Part shown: piece after piece, positions 19,550-30,468 of the stretch
Layout of the letters: every line of letters begins with the position of its first letter
Numbering within the stretch: position 1 is the stretch's first letter
Assembly (NCBI GenBank): GCA_963702425.1
Contig: CAVPCQ010000034.1
Span: forward strand, 1-58,661
Origin: an uncultured Acidobacteriota bacterium
GTDB lineage: Bacteria; Acidobacteriota; Polarisedimenticolia; J045
Direction: 5' to 3'
Length of the DNA stretch: 58,661 bases
Notes under the pieces: generated by a model
The model's database searches: none
What the model was told of the DNA's origin: nothing
Seen by the model: the letters and a program-made list of their open reading frames with translations, nothing else
Made by a program: the position numbers and the translations under genes

Positions 19550-19945
19550 TCACTCCGTGGACGCTACGCCTCCCCGTGCGGCAGCCGACCCGGCGTCCTC
19601 TCCGCCGACGATCCACCTCGTCTCCTCGCGCAGCACGCGTCCGAAGCGACTGTCCTCTGCCGAGATGCGCGCGAACTCCTCCGCCGTGTAGACGAGCAGG
19701 TCGGCATCGACCGGCAGCTTCTCGAGCGGCCAGTCGGCAGCGCGCCGGATGAACGGCTCGTCCGACCGACGAATCACGGCGACCAGGTCGAGATCCGAGC
19801 CCACCCCCCAGCCGCCGCGCACGAAGGAGCCGAAGACCCCCAGCCGGATCAGGTCGGGCCGGCCGCGGCGCTGCTCCTCGGCCCACGCCGCGAGCGCGCT
19901 TCCCACCGAGGCGCGTTCAGGCCATCTGCGCGCGTGCAAAGTCAA
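19550..19945 (-). CDS. Minimal nucleotidyltransferase (MNT), partner of the HEPN protein
   Basis: GVFGSFVRGGWGVGSDLDL (GS..DxD motif), PVDADLLVYTAEE; start codon uncertain. Confidence 0.85.
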   Translation of the reverse strand: MTLHARRWPERASVGSALAAWAEEQRRGRPDLIRLGVFGSFVRGGWGVGSDLDLVAVIRRSDEPFIRRAADWPLEKLPVDADLLVYTAEEFARISAEDSRFGRVLREETRWIVGGEDAGSAAARGGVASTE

Positions 19946-20306
19946 TGACCTCGCGCGCGAGGCGTTGCGCCTCGCCGCTCTGGAGCGGCCCGTACTGCTC
20001 GAACGGCGCACCCTCCGGGTGGCCGTTGGGATAGCGCGTGGGGACGTAGTAGGCGTCCAGCGTGCGCCCCTTCTCGACGAGGTCCTGGGGCGCATCGCCG
20101 AGTTCCTCGAGCAGGCGCGCGACGCAATGATCCCGAGAAACGTGGCCCCGCCGGAGGTAGGCGGCCTTGGCGGCCTTCCCCGCGGCCTGCTGCGCGACGA
20201 AGCAGGCCCACTCGTGGTGGCCGGACCGTGCCATCGCTGCCGACGCCTCGAGGTCCTGCACGGCCTGTGCGAACCAGTCCCCGGAACGTTCCGCCATGTC
20301 GTTCAT
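19917..20306 (-). CDS. HEPN domain protein
   Basis: DWFAQAVQDLEAS, EWACFVAQQAAGKAAKA, LDAYYVPTRYP. Confidence 0.9.
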   Translation of the reverse strand: MNDMAERSGDWFAQAVQDLEASAAMARSGHHEWACFVAQQAAGKAAKAAYLRRGHVSRDHCVARLLEELGDAPQDLVEKGRTLDAYYVPTRYPNGHPEGAPFEQYGPLQSGEAQRLAREVIDFARAQMA

Positions 20307-20579
20307 TATCGCACCCCGTCTGCAAACAAGCTGAGCCTACGCTCCGCGGCGGGAGGGAGGCCGCGGGAGACGGCCGAACCGTTGCCGGGGCGGGATCGAC
20401 ACCCTCCGCGGCCGATTCTGTGAGGCAGTTTCGAGCAGACGGAACAAGGCGCACGGGACGCCGATCTCGTCGTGACCGGCAGCGGCTGCGGTGATCGGTT
20501 TCCCCGCTTGCTGCGGGCGCTCCTCGATGTCCGGGTCGAGTTGGTGCCGGGCGGGGACGTCTGCATCGGGCGCGGGTCC

Positions 20580-20953
20580 GCACCAACGACGCACGCGCCG
20601 CGCGCTTCCCCACGCAGCCGCTCGAGCATCTGCGGGTGGCCGACCCACTCCGGGCGGAGCCGCTTCAGCGCGACGTCGACCCGCAGCTTGAGGTCGAGAG
20701 CCTGCCAGACCTCGCCCATCCCGCCGCGGCCGAGCAGGCGCGCAACCTGGTAGCGGCCGCCGAGGACGAAGCCGGGGAGGAAGGCGCTGTTCTCGGCGGG
20801 CCCGCCGCCGTGGCCGACGGCCGGGGTGGACTGCGAGCCGAGCCGGGAGAGCGTCGCCAGCGTGCCGACAGCCTCCGGGAACGACTGCCCACACGACGGG
20901 CAGGACCCCACCGGGTCCAGCTCCTCCTGCGAGCACGCCGGGCAGCGCGCCAT
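20580..20953 (-). pseudogene. N-terminal fragment of a Hanks-type Ser/Thr kinase with a zinc ribbon
   Basis: CPAC...CPSC, GRYQVARLLGRGGMGEVW, VALKRL, ERLRGEAR; similarity stops before the HRD and DFG motifs. Confidence 0.8.
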
Positions 20954-21147
20954 GGGGGGATCTTGCGACTGGGCAGCCCCCGGCTGAACCCCCACTGTTC
21001 GTCAGGGGCCACGGAGCGAGCGCCCTTCCCGCGCTGGAAACCACGACACGGGAGGCCGTGGCCCGTCGCGGCCAGTCGCCGTACGATGAGTCCCAGCCGA
21101 CTCGACCTCGGCCGCGGCGTACCCGATCCCAAGGAGCCCAACCGACG

Positions 21148-21372
21148 ATGGAACGGCAAGTGAGCGTGGTCATCGAGAGGGACGAGCAGGGCTACTACGC
21201 CTACTGCCCTGAGCTGCCCGGGTGCCAGTCCGAGGGAGCCGATCTCGACGAGGTTCTCGCCAACATCCGCGAGGCGATCGAGTTGTACCTCGAGACCCTC
21301 TCGGCAGACGAGCGGGCCGCATGCCTGAGCCAGGAGATCCTCACGACCTCCATCAAGGTCCGCGTTGCCTAA
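21148..21372 (+). CDS. hicB: HicB-family antitoxin
   Basis: VVIERDEQGYYAYCPELPGCQSEGADLDEVLANIREAIELYLE; AAGGAG RBS. Confidence 0.9.
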   Translation: MERQVSVVIERDEQGYYAYCPELPGCQSEGADLDEVLANIREAIELYLETLSADERAACLSQEILTTSIKVRVA

Positions 21373-21421
21373 AGCACCTCGGATGACCGCGGTCGAGGCG
21401 GCATCCGGCGAAGGGCCGTGA
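21365..21421 (+). pseudogene. Truncated HicA toxin start (MPKAPRMTAVEA...)
   Basis: Overlaps the hicB stop, has a HicA-like N-terminus and ends after 18 codons. Confidence 0.55.
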
Positions 21422-21611
21422 GCGACGGGATTCCGCGGTTTCAATCGTGGCGATGCTGCGCGACCGGGCCGCGGAGGGCACTCTGCGAGCAGCGCGCCCC
21501 CGCCCGCCGCGCCCGCTTGCCGCTCGCCGCCCATCGGTGCGACGATCCCCCTGCCCCGCGCGTCGAGTGGGTCGCGCCGCGGCAATCCTTCGTCTCCGAG
21601 GGAGGTCCCCG

Positions 21612-23516
21612 ATGGGCCGCACGTTCGAGATCCGCGACCACCTGCTGACCTCCTCCCCGGACATCTACACGCCCGCCGCCCTCGCCGCGCTCGAGGCGCT
21701 GGCGCCCTTCAACGCGGACCGCCGCGATCTGATGCAGGCCCGGATCGCGCGCCGCCTCGAGCGCGCCCGGACCGGCCGGCGGATCGAGTTCCTCGACCCG
21801 GACGCGATCATCCCGCGCACCACGCTCCGCGTGAGTGACGCGCGCGAAGGCCGTTTCGTCGGAAGCGACATCCCCCCCGACCTGCGCCGCCAGTGGGTCC
21901 AGGGGACCGGCCCGGCGACCAAGCCGCACGCCGGCCTCGCGAGCGGCCTGCGCAACGTCGCCTACGCGCTGCTCTCCGGCGCCGACGGCTGGATGTTCGA
22001 CGGCGAGGACGCGCTGGGCCAGGTCGAGACGATGTCGCTGGACAACCAGCGCAACCTGAAGCTGGCGATCGCGCGCGATCCGGTCTTCCTGAAGGTCGCC
22101 GAGCAGGTCGCCGTCGAGATGAACGACTGGGCCCGCGGCTTCTTCGGCCGCCCGATCATCGACGACTGGCGCCGGCAGCTCGACTTCACCACGCGCATCT
22201 TCCGGGCCCGCGGGCTGCACCTCGACGATCGCCACATCCGCGAGCGGGACGGCCGGGGATTCTCGGCCTCGATCGTCGACATGGTCCTCTATGTCGTCAA
22301 CAACTTCGAGCGACTGCGGTCCGAGGGGCGCTCGATCGTCCTCTACCTGCCGAAGATCCAGACCGCGGGCGAGGCAGCGCTGTGGAACGACATGCTGGCC
22401 GGGCTGGAGCGCCACCTGGGGCTGCCGGTCGGGACGATCAAGGTCTACGTGCTGGTCGAGCAGATCGAGGCCTCCTTCCAGCTGATGGAGATCCGCGCCG
22501 CGCTGGGGCCGCACTTCGTCGGCTACAACACCGGGCGCTGGGACTACATCAACAGCGTCTCGGACGCGCTGGCCTGGGACGCCGCCTTCCTGAACCCCAA
22601 CATCGACGCGATCGGCATGACCTACGGCTACATGCGGAACTACGAGGACCGCGTGCGCCGGGCGGTCAACACGCCCGACCGGGACGGCCGCTGCGCGCTC
22701 TGGCAGGGCGGGATGGAGCCGAACATCCCGGTCGGCTCCGACGCGGGCGTGACCGCCGGGATGAAGCGCGCCGTCGCGGGCGGCGAGCGCGAGCAGCGCG
22801 AAGGGGCCAGCGGCAAGTGGGTCGCGCATTGGAAGATGGTCCACATCGTGCGGCCGGTCTGGGAGCGCGCGGGCGCCGACAACCAACTCGGGCGCGCCTT
22901 CCAGCCGCTGACCTACACGCCGGAGGACGCCGCGGGGCTGGCCTTGCTCGAGCCCGCGCCGCGCACGGTGCGCGGGGCGCGCGACCTGCTCAGCGTCGCG
23001 CTGCAGTACGGCAACGCGTTCGGACAGGGATTCCAGGCCGCGGCGCTCAAGCCGGCCGACTTCTTCGGCAACGACGACGTCCTCTACCTGATGGAAGACA
23101 TGGCGACCGGCGAGATCCGGCTGAGCATCCTCTGGGAGTGGATCCACAAGCGCGCACCGCTGACCGAGGGCGACGACGCCACCGGCGTGCGGGCCGGGGA
23201 GACCTTCACCGCGGCGCTGTTCGCCCGCCTGCTCGACGAGGAGTACGACAAGCTGCTGCGCGCTGGCAACCGCGACGTCCACGACGACTCCAAGCCGACG
23301 ACGCTGCCGATCGCCCGCGCGATCGTCGAGGCCTACGTCCGGGACCCCGTCAAGGCGCCCTGGTACGTCGACCTCCTCAACCTGAATCTCAACAACCACG
23401 ACCTGGCGCGCGCCGGGGAGCGGATCGCGAACTATCTCGAGGCCTTCCGCCGCGACGGAACGCGCGTCACCGAGAACCTCGACTTCGGCGCCCCCGGGGC
23501 AGGAGCCACGCCATGA
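21612..23516 (+). CDS. aceB: Malate synthase
   Basis: [46 protein letters not shown]; ATGA-coupled to isocitrate lyase. Confidence 0.92.
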   Translation: MGRTFEIRDHLLTSSPDIYTPAALAALEALAPFNADRRDLMQARIARRLERARTGRRIEFLDPDAIIPRTTLRVSDAREGRFVGSDIPPDLRRQWVQGTGPATKPHAGLASGLRNVAYALLSGADGWMFDGEDALGQVETMSLDNQRNLKLAIARDPVFLKVAEQVAVEMNDWARGFFGRPIIDDWRRQLDFTTRIFRARGLHLDDRHIRERDGRGFSASIVDMVLYVVNNFERLRSEGRSIVLYLPKIQTAGEAALWNDMLAGLERHLGLPVGTIKVYVLVEQIEASFQLMEIRAALGPHFVGYNTGRWDYINSVSDALAWDAAFLNPNIDAIGMTYGYMRNYEDRVRRAVNTPDRDGRCALWQGGMEPNIPVGSDAGVTAGMKRAVAGGEREQREGASGKWVAHWKMVHIVRPVWERAGADNQLGRAFQPLTYTPEDAAGLALLEPAPRTVRGARDLLSVALQYGNAFGQGFQAAALKPADFFGNDDVLYLMEDMATGEIRLSILWEWIHKRAPLTEGDDATGVRAGETFTAALFARLLDEEYDKLLRAGNRDVHDDSKPTTLPIARAIVEAYVRDPVKAPWYVDLLNLNLNNHDLARAGERIANYLEAFRRDGTRVTENLDFGAPGAGATP

Positions 23517-25771
23517 ACGAGTTCGAGCAGGAAGTCACCGAGACCCAAGAGTGGTTCGACAGCCCGCGCTTCGCGGGGATCTTGCGGCTCTACTCGGCGC
23601 GGCAGGTGGTCGAGCAGCGCGGGACCATCCCGCACGACCACACGGTCGCGCGCGAGGCGGCCGTCGCGTTCTACGAGCGGCTCCGGCAGCTCTTCGCCGA
23701 GCGCAAGAGCATCACCACCTTCGGTCCCTACTCCCCGGGGCAGGCGGTGGCGATGAAGCGGCTCGGGATCGAGGGGATCTACCTGGGCGGCTGGGCGACC
23801 TCGGCCAAGGGGTCGATCGCCGAGGACCCGGGACCGGACCTGGCGAGCTACCCGCTCTCGCAGGTCCCCGACGAGGCGGCGGTGCTGGTGCGCGCGCTCT
23901 TGACCGCCGACCGCAACCAGCAGTTCCTGCGCTCGCGCATGACGGATGCGCAGCGCGCCGCGACCCCGGCCTACGACTACCGGCCGTTCATCATCGCCGA
24001 CGCCGACACCGGCCATGGCGGCGATCCGCACGTGCGCAACCTGATCCGGCGCTTTGCCGAGGTCGGCGTCACCGGCTACCACATCGAGGACCAGCGTCCG
24101 GGCACGAAGAAGTGCGGCCACCAGGGCGGCAAGGTACTGGTCGCCTCCGACGAGCAGATCAAGCGGCTGAACGCGGCCCGCTTCCAGCTGGACATCATGA
24201 AGGTCGCCGGGATCGTCGTCGCGCGGACCGATGCCGAGGCGGCCACGCTGCTGGACGGCCGCGGCGACGAGCGCGACCAGCCGTTCATCCTGGGCGCCAC
24301 CAACGTCAGTGTCCCGGCGTTCAAGACCTGCCTGCTGGCGCTGATGAAGCGCTTCTTCGAGCTGGGGATCAAGGAGCTGGGCGGCCACCGGCTCTACGCG
24401 GTCTCGGCCGAGGAGATGCGCGCGGCCGAGTCGTGGCTGGTGAAGGTCGGGCTTGCGCAGGCCGCGGCCGAGGGGGCCGCAGCGCACAAGAAGACTCCGG
24501 AGGCGCCGGTCGATCCGCTGTTCGAGAAGGTCTCGGCGCGGCTGGCCGAGACCTGGGAAACCGCGGCGGGTCTCCTGACCTACGGCGACGCCGTGGCCGA
24601 GGTGATCGAGTTCCGCGCGAGCGAGGGCGAGACCCTCGCGCCGACTGCCGCGGAATGGCGCCGCTTCGCCGAGACGGCCTCGCTGTGGGCCGCCAAGGCC
24701 AAGGCGAAGTCGCTGGGGATCCAGATCGTCTGGAGCGCCGAGCACGCCAAGACGCCGGAGGGCTACTACCAGATCCGCGGCGGCATCCCCTACGCGATCG
24801 CCAAGTCGCTGGCGGCGGCGCCGTTCGCCGACATCCTCTGGATGGAGACCAAGACCGCCGACCTGGCCGACGCCAAGCAGTTCGCCGACGCGATCCACGC
24901 GGCCTACCCCGACAAGATGCTGGCCTACAACCTCTCGCCGTCGTTCAACTGGGACTCGACCGGGATGAGTGACGACGCCATGCGGCGCTTCCCCGAGGAG
25001 CTGGGGAAGATGGGCTTCGTCTTCAACTTCATCACCTACGGCGGCCACCAGGTCGACGGCGTCGCGTCCGAGGAGTTCGCGACCGCGCTGAGGCAGGACG
25101 GGATGCTGGCGCTGGCCCGGCTGCAGCGCAAGATCCGGCTGGTCGAGTCGCCGTACAAGACGCCGCAGACGCTGGTCGGCGGGCCGCGGCTCGACGCGGC
25201 GCTGGCGGCGTCGTCGGGTCACACCGCGACGACCACCGCGATGGGCAAGGGCTCGACCCAGCACCAGCACCTGATCCAGACCGAGGTCCCGAAGAAGCTG
25301 CTCGAGGAGTGGCTGGCGCTGTGGAGCGAGCACAACGGGATCTCCGAGGCGCTGCGGGTCGAGCTGAAGCCGCACCGCGCCGGGTCCGAGCTGCTGGAGC
25401 TGGCGCTGGTCGGCAAGGGGGGCGCGAAGCTGGCCAACGTCGTCTTCGCCTCGATCCACGACCGGCGCGAGCGCAGCATCCTCTCGGTGCGCGACCAGAA
25501 CACCTTCGACGAGGCGCTCCGCAAGCGGCGGCTGATGACCCTGATCCACCTGTTCCTGGTGCACCGCTACAAGGTCGACTCGGTCCACTACGTCAGCCCG
25601 ACCGACGACAACGGGTACCAGACGGCCAAGATGAAGGCCCAGGGGATCTACAGCGCGGTCAACACCGAGGTCGGCCAGATCATCGTCGCCGACGTCAATA
25701 CCGCGCGGGTCGCCGAGCTACTGGCGGCCGACCGCGTGGCGCTGGGGAAGCTGATCCGGAAGGAGGAGTGA
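23513..25771 (+). CDS. aceA: Isocitrate lyase, long (ICL2-like) form, 752 aa
   Basis: [22 protein letters not shown] signature, [11 protein letters not shown]; large central insert and extended C-terminus (SVRDQNTF...HYVSPTDDN). Confidence 0.95.
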   Translation: MNEFEQEVTETQEWFDSPRFAGILRLYSARQVVEQRGTIPHDHTVAREAAVAFYERLRQLFAERKSITTFGPYSPGQAVAMKRLGIEGIYLGGWATSAKGSIAEDPGPDLASYPLSQVPDEAAVLVRALLTADRNQQFLRSRMTDAQRAATPAYDYRPFIIADADTGHGGDPHVRNLIRRFAEVGVTGYHIEDQRPGTKKCGHQGGKVLVASDEQIKRLNAARFQLDIMKVAGIVVARTDAEAATLLDGRGDERDQPFILGATNVSVPAFKTCLLALMKRFFELGIKELGGHRLYAVSAEEMRAAESWLVKVGLAQAAAEGAAAHKKTPEAPVDPLFEKVSARLAETWETAAGLLTYGDAVAEVIEFRASEGETLAPTAAEWRRFAETASLWAAKAKAKSLGIQIVWSAEHAKTPEGYYQIRGGIPYAIAKSLAAAPFADILWMETKTADLADAKQFADAIHAAYPDKMLAYNLSPSFNWDSTGMSDDAMRRFPEELGKMGFVFNFITYGGHQVDGVASEEFATALRQDGMLALARLQRKIRLVESPYKTPQTLVGGPRLDAALAASSGHTATTTAMGKGSTQHQHLIQTEVPKKLLEEWLALWSEHNGISEALRVELKPHRAGSELLELALVGKGGAKLANVVFASIHDRRERSILSVRDQNTFDEALRKRRLMTLIHLFLVHRYKVDSVHYVSPTDDNGYQTAKMKAQGIYSAVNTEVGQIIVADVNTARVAELLAADRVALGKLIRKEE

Positions 25772-25876
25772 GGGGGCTGTCTTGGCGGGGCTCTCCTCTA
25801 TGCGGAGCTGCGCCTCTCCACGACTTGGTCCAGCCGTTCCCTCAGGCAGATTGCGTGTCTTTGGTGCAATCGAGCG

Positions 25877-26107
25877 ATGGTAGCTGGAGATTCCTCTCAT
25901 ACGCGCCCTGGCTGGACCGCCGGGCGCGTCCGCCACGGGGCCGAAGCTCTCGACGCGGAGATCGAGTTCTGGCTCGCTGCGCCGCCCTCCGTGCGGCTTG
26001 CCGCTGCGTGGCAGTTGGTCGAGGAGGCGTGGGCACTCGAGGGACACGATGGACCTCCACCCCGATTTGAAATATCTCTTTTCGGCACTCGCCGCGGCGG
26101 GCGCTGA
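25877..26107 (+). CDS. Small protein, probable partner of the downstream nucleotidyltransferase
   Basis: FWLAAPPSVRLAAAWQLVEEAW motif; overlaps the NTase start. Confidence 0.55.
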   Translation: MVAGDSSHTRPGWTAGRVRHGAEALDAEIEFWLAAPPSVRLAAAWQLVEEAWALEGHDGPPPRFEISLFGTRRGGR

Positions 26108-26455
26108 GTACCTCGTCGTCGGCGGCTACGCGGTCGCGTACCACGGCCGGCCGCGCTTCACGAAGGATCTCGACCTGTAGATCGGCGAGGAGCCGGACAA
26201 TCTGGCTCGCGTCGTGACGGCGCTGCGGCAGTTCGGCGCTCCGGCGACGGCCATCGCGGAGCTCCGTGCCGCCGGGCCGGACGAGATCATCTGGCTGGGG
26301 GCAGCGCCGGTTCGGGTCGAGATCTTCCGCACGATCCCGCGGAGCGAATTCGCGGAGGCCTGGGCGCATCGCATGAGTGCCACCTGGGCCGGCATTCCGG
26401 TCGAGATCATCGGCCTTGATGAGCTGCTCACTGCCAAGCGCACGACCGCCCGCGA
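26049..26455 (+). pseudogene. Nucleotidyltransferase (DUF6036-like) with an internal TAG stop and an eroded C-terminus
   Basis: YLVVGGYAVAYHGRPRFTKDLDL*IG...IIGLDELLTAKR; TAG at 26178-26180. Confidence 0.8.
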
Positions 26456-26959
26456 ACATGCTCGGGAGCAGGATCAACGGCAACGACGCCACCGAGCCGA
26501 CCGGCGCCGGCTACCAGCTCGGCGCGATCCCCAGCCGGGCATCGCGCGTGATCCGCGGCTTCGTGCGCTCCTGCGGCCGCTGCGGCGAACGTCGCGCGTG
26601 TACGACCTGAGCTCGAGCGGCTGCGGACGCACGATCCGACCTGGCTCCGCAACCCCGGCTCGCCGCCTATCCCGACGTGCAGGTCGCCGACTGCGCGAGC
26701 CAACAAGCGGTCGGGCGCCGAACCGATCGCTCCGCGACACGTGACCTGGTCGAGCGGCTACGTCGACGCGAGCCGGCCGTGACGCCGAGCCACGACCTGC
26801 CGCGGGCGGCCACTGCCCGGCAACGTGCCATGGTGAGGCGGCCACATCGGAGCCGCGGTGGAGCTCGGCTGCATGAACCCCTGCGCGCACGGTCCGAGGC
26901 CGTGCGCCGTCACCTGCGCAGCTGGTCGGCGACGACAGATCGCGCGTCGCTCGTCCGGT

Positions 26960-27797
26960 CCGGCGTCCGACGTCCTGTGCGCCCCGTTCGGACCGGAGCG
27001 CCCGGCGACCGGCGTGCTGTACCTCGATCGGCGCGGCAGCACCGCAATGTTCGACGACCCGCACCTGCAGGTCGTGGCGGCCCTGGCGGGCATGATGCAC
27101 GTCGCGCACGAGAACCGGGAAGCCCGGACGCACGAACGTCGGCTGCAGACCATCGAGGCGGAGCTGGCCGCGGCCGCGCGGATGCAGGGCATGCTGCTCC
27201 CGCCCGCCGACCTGGCACCGCCCTCCGGCTTCCAGGTCGCCGCCTGGCACGACCCGTGCCACGCGATCGGCGGCGACATCTACGATTTCTTCCAGACCGA
27301 CCGCGGCTTCGGGGCGATGGTCGCCGACGTCTCCGGGAAGGGGCTCACCGCGGCCCTGCTCGTGACCAGCCTGCACGCGCGCTGGCACGCGATCACGCGG
27401 CTGGGACTCCCCTGCGAGCGGATGCTCTCGCAATTGAACGAGGAGATCTCCTACCGGCTGCCGTCCAATCGGTTCGTCACGCTGGCCTCGGCAGTCGCCG
27501 ACCCGCTCCGCGACGAGCTCGTCTTCGTCAGCGCGGGGCACGGCCCGGCACTCCTGCTGCGCGAGCGGGAGGTCGAGCGGCTCGACCCGACCGGGCCGCC
27601 GCTCGCGCTGCTCTTCGAGCGCGGGTCTTCTCCGAGCGCCGCCGTTCGGGATCGAGCGCCTCGTGGACTGTGCCCGCGACGCGGCGCCCGGCGGTCCCCA
27701 GGCCATCGTTCAGGCGATCGTCCACGCGATGGAGCAGCACGCCGGCAACGCCGCGCAGGACGACGACACGACGATCGCGGTGCTGGCGCGGGTCTAG
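26960..27797 (+). pseudogene. GAF-SpoIIE/PP2C (RsbU-like) phosphatase fragment
   Basis: ELAAAARMQGMLLP, IGGDIYDF, VADVSGKG, VSAGHGP, terminal QDDDTTIAV; the TDG motif region and N-terminus are missing. Confidence 0.8.
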
Positions 27798-29209
27798 AAG
27801 TACTGGTAGATGAACGGCGCCGACTCCCCGGCAGACGTCGCCAGAACGAGCGCCAGGATCGCCACGGCCAGCGCGAGGGACCGGCCCCAGAGCGGCCAGC
27901 GCCGGAACGCGGTCTCGTCGCCGGACCGGTGCTGGATCCAGTCGATCCCGAGCGAGACCAGGATCAGCAGGCACGCCGCCGTCAGCGATCCGCTCCAGTG
28001 TCCCGGTTGGAACGCGCTGCGCACGAACTCACCCGCCACCGGCAGCGTCATCTGGAACAGCAGGTTGCTGGCCGTCAGCATGATCACGACGCCGAGCGCT
28101 CCCGCGGCCTGCCGCCAGGCCGGCTGCCGGTCCGGCGGCACGACCGGCCGCCACAGCGTCGGGATCCGCCCCGCGAACAGGAACACGCCCCACAGCAGGC
28201 CCCAGGCGAGCATGTGCCACGCCACCTGGTGCCAGAGTGCGCTGACCAGCATGGCCGCCAGCGGCGGCACGATCAGGTTCAGGGGCGTGTTCGGGCGCGC
28301 GCTGCGCCGCAGGAGCGCGCGGCTGACCGGCATGTAGACGTAGTCCCGGAGCCACGACGAGAGGCTGATGTGCCAGCGCATCCACAGCTCGCTGAAGTTC
28401 CGCGAGAAGAACGGGGCGGCGAAGTTCCGGGAAAGCTCGAGGCCGAACAGGGCGCTGACGCCGCGGACGATGTCGGTGTAGCCGGCGAAGTCGTTGTAGA
28501 TCACGAAGACGTCGGCGAGCAGCCACAGCAGCGCCTGCCACCCGGCGTGTTCCGCCGGCGTCACGAACTGTCCCGCCGGGATCAGCCCCCGGATCGTGTC
28601 CGCGATCACGAGCTTGCGCAGCAACCCGACGAGGACCAGCGTGACCGCGCGCGCGACGACGTCGTTGTCGATCACGCGGCCGCGCGGAAGCTGAGCGAGG
28701 AAGGCCCGCCCGCGCTCGATCGGCCCGGAGACGAGTTTCGGGAACCAGGCCGAGTAGAGCGCGTAGTCCGGCCACCGCGGGAACTCGGCCAGCTGCCGGC
28801 GCGAGGCGTCCACGAGGAACGAGATGTTCTCCAGCACGCGGTAGGACAAGCCGATCGGCAGCACCAGCTGCACGAACGTCACCGAGCCCGCGCGGCTGCC
28901 CGCGCCCAGCGCCTGCACCACCGGCGGCAGCAGGAAGGCCGAGTACTTGAGCAGCCCGAGCGCCAGGACGTTGACGCCGATCCCGGCCCACAGCCAGGGG
29001 GATCCGGCTCCCCTCCACAGCCGGCGCGCGAACCAGTGATTCGCCGCGGTGAGCGCCAGCAGGCCGAGCGGGAACTGCCAGGACCAGGTGCCGTAGAAGA
29101 CGAGCGAGGCCGCGAGCAGCAGCCAGAGCTGGGCGCGCCGCGGCAGCGCGAAGTGCAGCGCGAAGAGGGCGAGGACGAAGGCGGCGAACGGCCAGGAGGT
29201 GATCGACAC
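27794..29209 (-). CDS. MBOAT-family O-acyltransferase (AlgI/DltB-like)
   Basis: LLLAASLVFYG, LPIGLSY, SGPIER, IYNDFAGYTDI, LWMRWHISLSSWLRDYVYMP, LWHQ, PFIYQYF. Confidence 0.93.
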   Translation of the reverse strand: MSITSWPFAAFVLALFALHFALPRRAQLWLLLAASLVFYGTWSWQFPLGLLALTAANHWFARRLWRGAGSPWLWAGIGVNVLALGLLKYSAFLLPPVVQALGAGSRAGSVTFVQLVLPIGLSYRVLENISFLVDASRRQLAEFPRWPDYALYSAWFPKLVSGPIERGRAFLAQLPRGRVIDNDVVARAVTLVLVGLLRKLVIADTIRGLIPAGQFVTPAEHAGWQALLWLLADVFVIYNDFAGYTDIVRGVSALFGLELSRNFAAPFFSRNFSELWMRWHISLSSWLRDYVYMPVSRALLRRSARPNTPLNLIVPPLAAMLVSALWHQVAWHMLAWGLLWGVFLFAGRIPTLWRPVVPPDRQPAWRQAAGALGVVIMLTASNLLFQMTLPVAGEFVRSAFQPGHWSGSLTAACLLILVSLGIDWIQHRSGDETAFRRWPLWGRSLALAVAILALVLATSAGESAPFIYQYF

Positions 29210-29219
29210 GGCGCGCTCG

Positions 29220-30296
29220 TCAGGCCGGCGGGAGCTTCAGCCGGCCTTCTCGCACCGCCTCGAGGAGCTGCTCGCCCAGCCACCGGCTGTACGCTTCCGC
29301 GCCGGTCCGATTGAGGTGGATGAAGTCCGCCCAGCCGTCGGCCGGGATCGCACGGTCGGCGGGAAACCGCCAGAACGCGACGCCGTGCTGCGCGGCGAGC
29401 GTCTCGATCGCGTCGAGCCCCTGCTGGTGGTCGAGCTCTCCCCCACCGTAGTGCTGCAAGGCCGTCTCGCTGACGGGCAGCTCCACCACCAGCACCTCGA
29501 GCCCGGGCGAGCGCAGGCGCAGCAGCTCGGACAGGGCCGCGATGCGGTCCGGCGAGACCTCGTACCGGCGGAGCGCCCGGATGGCGCCGCGATCGATGCC
29601 GCGGAACTCTCCCGGCGCGAACGCGCCGAATCCGTTGGCGGCCATGTTCTCGACGGCTTGGCGCAGCTTCTGTTCGGCCTCTCCGGATTGCTCGCGCCAG
29701 AACAGGTATCCCGAGTACTGGCGGAAGGCGACGGAGTGCTCGCTGAGCCAGCCACCGACGCTGAACTCCCCGCCCTGGTAGCGGACCCAGGGACTGGTCG
29801 TCAGGTGCGATTCGAACTGGTCGCGGTCCTTGCGCTCGAGGAGCCCGTACGACGAGACCCCGACCACCATCAGCGTCGGGTGGAACTTCTCGAGCAGGAT
29901 TCTCGCGACCGCCGGTTCGCTGGTCTCCGACATGCCGCCCAACCCGAAGTTGAAGCTGTGGATCCCTCCCCCCGCCGCCGGCCGCAGGTTCCCGTCCACG
30001 ATCTCCGGATCGATCCCCCGGTAGACCTGGGAGCTGCCGACGAAGAGGCAGTCCACGGGCCCCTGCCGCTCGACCATCTCGCGCAGGAGCACGAGCTTCC
30101 GGTCCAGCTGGACCAGCCCGCCGCCGAAGGTCTCGGGGGGCAGTCGCTCGCGAAGGAAATCGGTGCGCGCCGCCCACTCGACGGCGCCGGCGATCGCGGC
30201 GGCGAGCGCCAGGCCCAGGACGACAGTCCTTCCGAACGGCCAGTGAAGGCGAAGAACACCCGCGGTCAGCTGCTCCGGCTGGACTGCTTCGCTCAC
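29220..30296 (-). CDS. Membrane-anchored SGNH-like protein (AlgJ/DltD/DUF1574-like), partner of the MBOAT
   Basis: LFVGSSQVYRGIDP, SFNFGLGG, WADFIHLNRTGA; one N-terminal TM segment; start codon uncertain. Confidence 0.8.
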   Translation of the reverse strand: MSEAVQPEQLTAGVLRLHWPFGRTVVLGLALAAAIAGAVEWAARTDFLRERLPPETFGGGLVQLDRKLVLLREMVERQGPVDCLFVGSSQVYRGIDPEIVDGNLRPAAGGGIHSFNFGLGGMSETSEPAVARILLEKFHPTLMVVGVSSYGLLERKDRDQFESHLTTSPWVRYQGGEFSVGGWLSEHSVAFRQYSGYLFWREQSGEAEQKLRQAVENMAANGFGAFAPGEFRGIDRGAIRALRRYEVSPDRIAALSELLRLRSPGLEVLVVELPVSETALQHYGGGELDHQQGLDAIETLAAQHGVAFWRFPADRAIPADGWADFIHLNRTGAEAYSRWLGEQLLEAVREGRLKLPPA

Positions 30297-30468
30297 CCGC
30301 GCCGCTCCCGGTTCGTCACCGCGGGAGTATACGGTGCCTGCCCGGCCCCTCGACGCGCCGCGGGCGCACCCCGGCCGGCCGTGGCAGGTCGGGCCCGCGC
30401 GCACGATAATCCGCGCCCGGACCCGGCACGCGGATCGTCCGGCGCCGTCATGAGAGGAGCGCTGTCCC

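Noticed and set aside
26178-26180. In-frame TAG in the nucleotidyltransferase as possible pyrrolysine or readthrough
   Set aside because: It is most simply a TGG-to-TAG change; the C-terminus is also eroded, no pyl genes are present, and TAG is a normal stop elsewhere in the window.
18260-27000. TA modules as integron cassettes
   Set aside because: No integron integrase and no convincing attC (RYYYAAC...GTTRRRY) pairs were seen, and gene orientations are mixed.
26858-29314. 818-aa ORF as one protein
   Set aside because: Only the first part is SpoIIE-like; the rest is the antisense of the MBOAT gene, reached through a deletion or frameshift.
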